The position numbers and the translations under genes are program-made. Below the pieces are notes generated by a model. That model made no database searches and was not told the DNA's origin. It worked only from the letters and a program-made list of their open reading frames with translations. From positions 144,375 to 208,374 of the IMG/VR virus record IMGVR_UViG_3300029945_000001: a stretch of DNA of 64,000 nt. One strand, 5' to 3'. The stretch's first letter is position 1; every line of letters begins with the position of its first letter. This document shows, one piece after another, positions 58,113 through 64,000 of the stretch.

Positions 58113-59678
58113 GTGTCTTATGTTTTTTCATACACTTCAAAATATCTGCACCTTTGTGCAGATATATATTACCATTATGCTGTCGAGGAATTGTCTATGA
58201 AAGTCATAGTACACACATCTCCATATTCTTTTAAAGTTAAGTTAAATCAAAATGGTATGATTAAAGATACATTAGTTCCTATAGGACCGTTCTTAGGTCA
58301 GCTCATTGATAAATCGTGGGATCATATGTCGAGAAGATATGTTACAACACAGAAGTATTTCTACTACAATAAAAGAGATGAATATTTATACATTCCTAAG
58401 TTTTTATATACTAAGTTTTATGAATATGTAAAAACATATGGTGGTGTTATTCATGAAATACAAAGAGTTATTCAAAAAGGTAAAAGTATAGATCTCTCTA
58501 TGAAACCAGGTTATCAAGATAAAAGTGAAAAACAAACAGAAGCAATTAATACAATTATTAATATATTTAAAGATAATGCAATTAGGGGATTGAGTTTACA
58601 GACTGGTGGTGGTAAAACTGTTAGTTTTATTCGTATTTGTACATTACTTAAAAAGAGAGCTATTTTGTGTACAAATGGTCTTGTTGATCAGTGGATAGAA
58701 GAAGTTTTACTTTGGACTGGATGTGACAAAGAAGACATTTATGTTATTAAAGGATATGCTTCTATTGTAAAACTTTTAAAAGAGATTGATAAAACTATCT
58801 TTCCTAAAATCATTATTGCTTCAACACCGACATTACAAGAATATGCAACAGATAATAGTGAAGCATATAAGGAATTACCACCATTTGAAGATTTCTTTGA
58901 TATTTGTAAAATAGGTGTTCGTGGTATCGATGAAGCACATGAAAGATTTAAAGCAAATCTTATAATCGATATGATGTCTAATACAGAAATTCTTATTCCT
59001 ATTAGTGCTACATTAGGTAGATCAAAAGAGTTTGAAAAGAAAATCTTTAATTTACATTATCCACAAAAACAAAGATATGGTGAAGGTGATTTCGATAGGT
59101 ATATCAATGTTTATAGCTACAGTTATGATATTGGTTATTTACCATCAAGAGCATATCAGTCTCCGAAAGGATATTCTGGTGCTAAGTATGAGGCATATCT
59201 ATTAAAGAATAAACTAAAGATAGAATCTGTTTATGATACAGTACTTAAACCTATTATCAGAATTCACTATCTTAATAAAAGAGATGACGGACATAAACTA
59301 TTAATGTTATGTACTACAATTAATATGTGCGAATATCTTGTTACTAAATTAAGAAGAGATACAAATTGTGTTGTCAATCTTTATATTAGTGGAACTCCTA
59401 ATGAAGTTTTGAAAGAATCTGATATTATCGTTAGTACACCAGGATCAGCTGGTACAGGAACTGATATTAAAAATCTATTAGCAACTATTCAGACTGTTAG
59501 TACAAAAGCCGAAATTATTAATGTTCAGACTTTAGGCAGAACTAGAAAATTACCAGATAGAGATCCAGAATATATTACAGTTCATAATAGAGGCATTCGT
59601 AGTCATGTTGAACATAATAAAACACGAGAAATTTTATATAGAGAAAGAGGTAAATCCTATGAATCTATTAAGTTATGA
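58113..59678 (+). CDS. Superfamily 2 DEAH helicase (phiKZ gp75-like)
   Basis: LQTGGGKT, IDEAH, SAT, GTGTDI, QTLGRTR; start may be ATG 58178. Confidence 0.92.
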   Translation: MSYVFSYTSKYLHLCADIYYHYAVEELSMKVIVHTSPYSFKVKLNQNGMIKDTLVPIGPFLGQLIDKSWDHMSRRYVTTQKYFYYNKRDEYLYIPKFLYTKFYEYVKTYGGVIHEIQRVIQKGKSIDLSMKPGYQDKSEKQTEAINTIINIFKDNAIRGLSLQTGGGKTVSFIRICTLLKKRAILCTNGLVDQWIEEVLLWTGCDKEDIYVIKGYASIVKLLKEIDKTIFPKIIIASTPTLQEYATDNSEAYKELPPFEDFFDICKIGVRGIDEAHERFKANLIIDMMSNTEILIPISATLGRSKEFEKKIFNLHYPQKQRYGEGDFDRYINVYSYSYDIGYLPSRAYQSPKGYSGAKYEAYLLKNKLKIESVYDTVLKPIIRIHYLNKRDDGHKLLMLCTTINMCEYLVTKLRRDTNCVVNLYISGTPNEVLKESDIIVSTPGSAGTGTDIKNLLATIQTVSTKAEIINVQTLGRTRKLPDRDPEYITVHNRGIRSHVEHNKTREILYRERGKSYESIKL

Positions 59679-60526
59679 AAACTAAAACGATCACAGATGT
59701 TTGTCAATTAGTGGATTTTAATTATGATTTAGATCATTTTGGAAATCTTATTGGTGAGGCTCAGTTTATGAGCCTCATTAATAATAAAAATTATATCATA
59801 GATATTTCAAAAGATAAATTTAAGTCAATGGGGTATCGATATGTTTATACACTCGGTGTTACTCCTGGAAAACCAAGAATAACACATATTAAGAAAATAG
59901 ATACTAATATTCCAGACATATATATTCACAAGTATGATCTTTATAAATTCGGTCCGCCATTTGAACCTCCTTATATTAATAAAGAAATAGAGTGTTGTAT
60001 GTATTGTAGTACAAGAATACATAAAGCATTATTGAGATGTACGAATCAAAAATGTAACGGTATTCTTATTAAAAGGTTAAAGAGAGCTATTTTAGATTTT
60101 GGATTAGAAAAGTATATCGACATAAATGGAACTACAATCGATAATCTTATACTTGATCAAGATATTAAACACCTTGGTCATATACTATCAATAGACGATA
60201 TTTGTATAGAGTTATTAGGAATAGAAAAAAATAAAATAGATGATTTTTGTGCTACCATACTAGTTATACAGATGGATCAATATTACATCTATAATGTTCT
60301 TGTTTCTCTTTACATAGAAGGTCTTACACCAAAGATTATTAAGAAAATAATAGATACTTATGAATCTTCTTCAGATGAGTTTTCTCAATATCTTCCGACT
60401 ATCTTAACACAACCTGAGAATCTTGCTGAATGTGTAGATAGTGTTTATACAATTAACAAAATAGTAAATAGTAGTCAATATCGAATAGAAGAACTTGATA
60501 CATTATTTAATTCGAAGAATAACTAG
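59675..60526 (+). CDS. Protein resembling the OB/Zn-finger/HhH half of NAD-dependent DNA ligase, no adenylation domain
   Basis: CMYCS..LRCTNQKC Cys4 motif followed by HhH-like DINGTTIDNL, LLGIEK and LYIEGLTPK; no KxDG. Confidence 0.5.
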   Translation: MKTKTITDVCQLVDFNYDLDHFGNLIGEAQFMSLINNKNYIIDISKDKFKSMGYRYVYTLGVTPGKPRITHIKKIDTNIPDIYIHKYDLYKFGPPFEPPYINKEIECCMYCSTRIHKALLRCTNQKCNGILIKRLKRAILDFGLEKYIDINGTTIDNLILDQDIKHLGHILSIDDICIELLGIEKNKIDDFCATILVIQMDQYYIYNVLVSLYIEGLTPKIIKKIIDTYESSSDEFSQYLPTILTQPENLAECVDSVYTINKIVNSSQYRIEELDTLFNSKNN

Positions 60527-60556
60527 CAGTAGGAGGCTTTTAGCCTCCTACTGCTA
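60524..60556 (+). terminator. Terminator hairpin
   Basis: tagcagtaggaggct-ttt-agcctcctactgcta. Confidence 0.75.
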
Positions 60557-60596
60557 TATTTCATAGTATTCTTTTTTAGTTAAATATTATATTTTA

Positions 60597-60616
60597 TCTA
60601 TTATATGATTAACTCT
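60597..60616 (+). promoter_or_regulatory. 20-bp putative late promoter, identical to 37602-37621 (minus)
   Basis: tctattatatgattaactct. Confidence 0.6.
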
Positions 60617-60677
60617 CGTCCTTAGGACACTAGGTCATGATCGAAAAATATAACCATCCTATGAGGAGGCTTATGCG

Positions 60678-61100
60678 ATGGTAGAATCCACCTCAATTGG
60701 TATACCGCGCATCATCTCCGAATTATCTAAGGTGTTGCAAAGTACATCCAATCCTATTTTACAAGATGCGATTGTTATTGAATCAGATACGGGTATTTTA
60801 ACATTAGGTAATGGACAACTTTATAAAGATATTCCAAGTTCAAGAAAATATGTTCCTCTTTCATACTTAGAATCATTTCTAAATTCTAATACTCGTTATG
60901 ATATTGATATACCTTCAGATACTTGGATCATTACACATAATAAAGGGACTATTTCATTCTCTATTCAGATTTATACATATGACGATGATGAAAATGCTAT
61001 TCTAACATTGGCATCTCCGACTCCGGTTGATCTTGATACTTTTGAAATAAAATTCAATAGTCAATTGACTGGTTATGTCATTGTCCAATTCGTAGTTTAA
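60678..61100 (+). CDS. Small virion/tail protein
   Basis: RBS gaggagg; TWIITHN..IQIY..PVDLDTFEIKF module shared with 61179 and 63160. Confidence 0.6.
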   Translation: MVESTSIGIPRIISELSKVLQSTSNPILQDAIVIESDTGILTLGNGQLYKDIPSSRKYVPLSYLESFLNSNTRYDIDIPSDTWIITHNKGTISFSIQIYTYDDDENAILTLASPTPVDLDTFEIKFNSQLTGYVIVQFVV

Positions 61101-61178
61101 TTTTTTTTCTTAATTTTTTTGTATTTTTTAAAAAGTTACACCATGTAACTAAGAAAACCACAGAAAGGGTTTTTTAAA

Positions 61179-62702
61179 ATGACTTATGCTCAGCGTATTG
61201 GCCAAGATCTGGCCTTTGTTGGTTCGGGTGTTTTCCAGAATTTCGGCATCGAGCAGCTGGCTGTCGATCCCTCACCGATCACCAAGGTGAGTGTGTGGTA
61301 TAATACCACATCGAACACCCTGAACTTCTCTTCGATCAATACTTCCGGCGCCTTCGTCATCAATCAGGTCAGCGACGTCGCCTCGGCGGTTTCGGCTCTG
61401 TCGGCCGAGACTGCGGCCCGTGAAGCCGATGTCGCCACCCTGACGGCCAAGCTTAATCAGGCCATCAACGGTCTGTCCTGGAAGTATGCCGTCGAGGTTA
61501 TGCTGGATGGTACTGACACCGCCGTGGCACTGACTGGTCTTTATACCATTCAGGGCTATGCCATCCAGGAAGGCGATCGCATCGCCGTCAATGTCGATAC
61601 TCCGGCCGGTTGGCAGGGTAACGGTATCTATATCGCTACAGCGGCCGGCGCCTGGTCACGCTCTACTGACATGAACGAAACCACTCCGCTGGACGAGTTC
61701 ACCGACGCGACATTCTACGTCGAAAATGGCACATACGGCGGCAAGCCGTACACACAGGTCAACCAGGTCAATGTCGTCGGTACCGACGCTGTCGCGTTCA
61801 CGCAGTCGAATGGTGCCAATAGCCTGGACCAGGGCTATGGTATCGTGATCGTCGGCAACACCATCGCCGTGGTTGGTGACAACTCCACCATCATCGTCGA
61901 TTCGACTGGCGTTCATGTTGCCCAGGCTTATACCGATGGCATCAACTCCACCATCTCTAGTGCTGTCTCGAACGAGCAGACACAGCGCACTCTGGCTATC
62001 CAGGGATTGCAGACCCAGATCAACACGGCCGACGGCAACATCTCCGCATTGCTGACCAGTGTCGGCGACAGTTCAACTTTGCAGACAACTGCGAAGAATC
62101 TGTCGGGCGCCATCAATGAAGTGTTGGGCAACATCAATTCGTTGTCGAGCACTGTTACCGGCAATATCCAGACTGCGATCAACGGCATCGAAACTCAGAT
62201 CGGCACCGTCGCCAGTCTGACAACGACGGCGAATAACTTGGTCGGCGCCATCAACGAAGTCAAGGCCAGTGTTGCGACACTGTCGACTTCTGTTTCTGGA
62301 GATCTTCAGACGGCTATCGATAACGTGCAGTCTGGTCTGACTCAGGAAATCCAGGACCGGGGAACAGCGATCACCAACCTGTCCAACACTCTGGCTCAGG
62401 ATATCGCTGCTGAAGCGGCCGCTCGTGATGCCGACATCAACGGCCTGGTCAGCGCCATCAACTCACAGCGTTATAACTACGCTTCGACGGTTGCGGCCTC
62501 GTCCTACACCGTCAACCACAATTTGAACACTGGCAATATCCAGGTGACCATCCGTGGCGACATGGGCAATGGCGTGTTCGACAACATCCTGCTTCCCTGG
62601 CATGTTGTTGATGCCAACAACATCTACATCGGCGACATCGGCTCTGCGATGAATGTCATCGTGTCGATCACTGCCAATGATCCGATCACGGTCACTCCGT
62701 AA
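61179..62702 (+). CDS. Abundant tail-fibre/collar-like virion protein
   Basis: GLSWKYAV..LTGLYTIQG..GDRI..NGIYIA..AWSRSTD domain, coiled-coil LxTTAxNLxGAINEV repeats, YTVNHNL C-terminal module; GC-rich codons. Confidence 0.75.
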   Translation: MTYAQRIGQDLAFVGSGVFQNFGIEQLAVDPSPITKVSVWYNTTSNTLNFSSINTSGAFVINQVSDVASAVSALSAETAAREADVATLTAKLNQAINGLSWKYAVEVMLDGTDTAVALTGLYTIQGYAIQEGDRIAVNVDTPAGWQGNGIYIATAAGAWSRSTDMNETTPLDEFTDATFYVENGTYGGKPYTQVNQVNVVGTDAVAFTQSNGANSLDQGYGIVIVGNTIAVVGDNSTIIVDSTGVHVAQAYTDGINSTISSAVSNEQTQRTLAIQGLQTQINTADGNISALLTSVGDSSTLQTTAKNLSGAINEVLGNINSLSSTVTGNIQTAINGIETQIGTVASLTTTANNLVGAINEVKASVATLSTSVSGDLQTAIDNVQSGLTQEIQDRGTAITNLSNTLAQDIAAEAAARDADINGLVSAINSQRYNYASTVAASSYTVNHNLNTGNIQVTIRGDMGNGVFDNILLPWHVVDANNIYIGDIGSAMNVIVSITANDPITVTP

Positions 62703-62716
62703 TCTGGGCGTATGAG

Positions 62717-62749
62717 ATATGCCCTTCCCCTTATAGAGGAAGGGCATAT
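62717..62749 (+). terminator. Intrinsic terminator
   Basis: atatgcccttcc...ggaagggcatat followed by tcttttt. Confidence 0.75.
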
Positions 62750-62769
62750 TCTTTTTACGGAAAAATAAA

Positions 62770-62967
62770 ATGATTAATTTAACAGATAAAAAGAATAATA
62801 AAATAAATAGAATTCTTGATAATTTGGATAAAGAAATGACAAATATAATGAATGAATTTTCTAGCAAAACTACATTTATGCCAAACAATAAAGAATCGAT
62901 AGAATTAAGAAGTAAAATAGAAGATATTAAGAAAAAATATGAAAGTTTAAGAGATATGCTAACATGA
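62770..62967 (+). CDS. Small coiled-coil hypothetical protein
   Basis: 65 aa, ATGA overlap with next ORF. Confidence 0.45.
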   Translation: MINLTDKKNNKINRILDNLDKEMTNIMNEFSSKTTFMPNNKESIELRSKIEDIKKKYESLRDMLT

Positions 62968-63167
62968 TCAATAACATGCATGTATGTGGATGGATAGATT
63001 ATATTCTTAAGTTACAAAGAACATTTAGAAAAAAGGGTATTTGTGATAATCACGATTTAAATAGATTTATAGATAATCAAATAAAATTATTAAATTATAT
63101 TCCAGATGCATTAGATCATAAAGTATCTTTTACAGGTTTTCCAAGAAAGGACAATTCCGATGAGTAA
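62964..63167 (+). CDS. Small hypothetical protein
   Basis: 67 aa, overlaps both neighbours. Confidence 0.4.
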   Translation: MINNMHVCGWIDYILKLQRTFRKKGICDNHDLNRFIDNQIKLLNYIPDALDHKVSFTGFPRKDNSDE

Positions 63168-64000
63168 TATTCAGCGCATCGGTAGTGATGTAACGGTTAT
63201 GGGTGGTGTGAATATCGGATCTCAGTTGACCGATTTTCCTTCGAATCCTATACCGAATACATATTACACAATTAATGACGTTGTGTATTTATATACATAC
63301 GTTAAAGGTGTCGCTACCTATTTCCCTGTTACTAATTTAAGTAACTCTATGGTTATAACCCAGGCCATTGCAAGCAATACCTGGACACTTACACATAATC
63401 TCAGTTATATGTATCCATTTATTCAAGTTGTTACTACCGATGGACAAATGTTCAGCCCTGGCTATACACCTGTTGATGCTAATAGTCTTATTATTAACTT
63501 CAATGAAGCTATTGCTGGATATGCATTAATTATTTCTCCAGAACAACTTCAGATCAATAGTGATGCTGCTCCTGAGTTTGTTACTGAACCTAGTTTAACT
63601 TCTGTATTGTCTGGTTATGTTACAAATAATTCGTTAGTAGCTTCCTTGGCTGCATATAGTCCAAGTGGCGATTATGTTACTGGTACGCAGCTTCAGGATG
63701 CTATACAGACTATCACTGGTGTCACGCCAGCAACACTATCTACTCTTGAACAAATTGATGCTTTGCTGACGAGTGATACAAGTTCTATTGCTGCGTTAAC
63801 AACCTCATTAAATGGCATTCTTATCGATTATATCACAAATGAGTATTTATCTTCATCTCTATCTGATTATGTTACTAATAGTGCATTAACAATTGCATTA
63901 GAGAACATTAATCTTTCTAACTATGTCACAACAACAGCATTAAATACAGCTTTATCGAATATCAATCTTTCTAATTATGTTTCTAATTCTGCATTATCAT
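63160..64000 (+). CDS. Tail-fibre-like protein (3' partial, absent from ORF track)
   Basis: Manual translation MSNIQRIGSDVTVMGG...TWTLTHNL...YSPSGDYVT...LSDYVTNSAL..ENINLSNYVTTTALNTALSNINLSNYVS is open to the window end; RBS aagga. Confidence 0.85.
   Translation, partial: MSNIQRIGSDVTVMGGVNIGSQLTDFPSNPIPNTYYTINDVVYLYTYVKGVATYFPVTNLSNSMVITQAIASNTWTLTHNLSYMYPFIQVVTTDGQMFSPGYTPVDANSLIINFNEAIAGYALIISPEQLQINSDAAPEFVTEPSLTSVLSGYVTNNSLVASLAAYSPSGDYVTGTQLQDAIQTITGVTPATLSTLEQIDALLTSDTSSIAALTTSLNGILIDYITNEYLSSSLSDYVTNSALTIALENINLSNYVTTTALNTALSNINLSNYVSNSALS

Noticed and set aside
688-60556. Recurring hairpins as a CRISPR array or IS ends
   Set aside because: Sequences differ from one another, are not regularly spaced, and no cas or transposase genes or target duplications are present.
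1-64000. tRNA, rRNA or PhuZ tubulin genes
   Set aside because: No cloverleaf with T-loop GTTCRA and CCA end, no rRNA-like tract and no tubulin GGGTGSG motif were seen by eye; tRNAscan-SE would be needed for certainty.

Overview
This is a 64-kb segment of an AT-rich, phiKZ-like nucleus-forming jumbo phage (Chimalliviridae). All family assignments come from recognised motifs and recalled phiKZ synteny, not from database searches. The core nucleus and transcription block (37.8-59.7 kb) holds a putative chimallin, three non-virion RNA polymerase subunit genes plus the sigma-like subunit, SbcD, ChmC-like and PicA/Imp1-like genes, and an SF2 helicase. The window also encodes SbcC, RuvC, the exonuclease/motif-A half of a split family-B DNA polymerase, major capsid protein, DnaB, RecA/UvsX and many virion and tail-fibre genes. 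Best observations: (1) the gene directly after the PicA-like import gene ends in a 128-aa N/S/G/Q-rich tail with 11 FG dipeptides, resembling eukaryotic FG-nucleoporins; (2) an ~81-bp near-copy of the RNAP beta active-site segment sits in frame inside an unrelated 805-aa protein 48 kb away; (3) a group I intron with no endonuclease ORF splits the DFDGD catalytic loop of RNAP beta-prime; (4) a mosaic, decaying tail-tip cassette at 26-27.8 kb contains a gp38-like adhesin with a displaced older C-terminus, a DsbA-like stub and a frameshifted radical SAM/SPASM remnant, none of which appear in the ORF track. I saw no tRNA, rRNA or CRISPR array.
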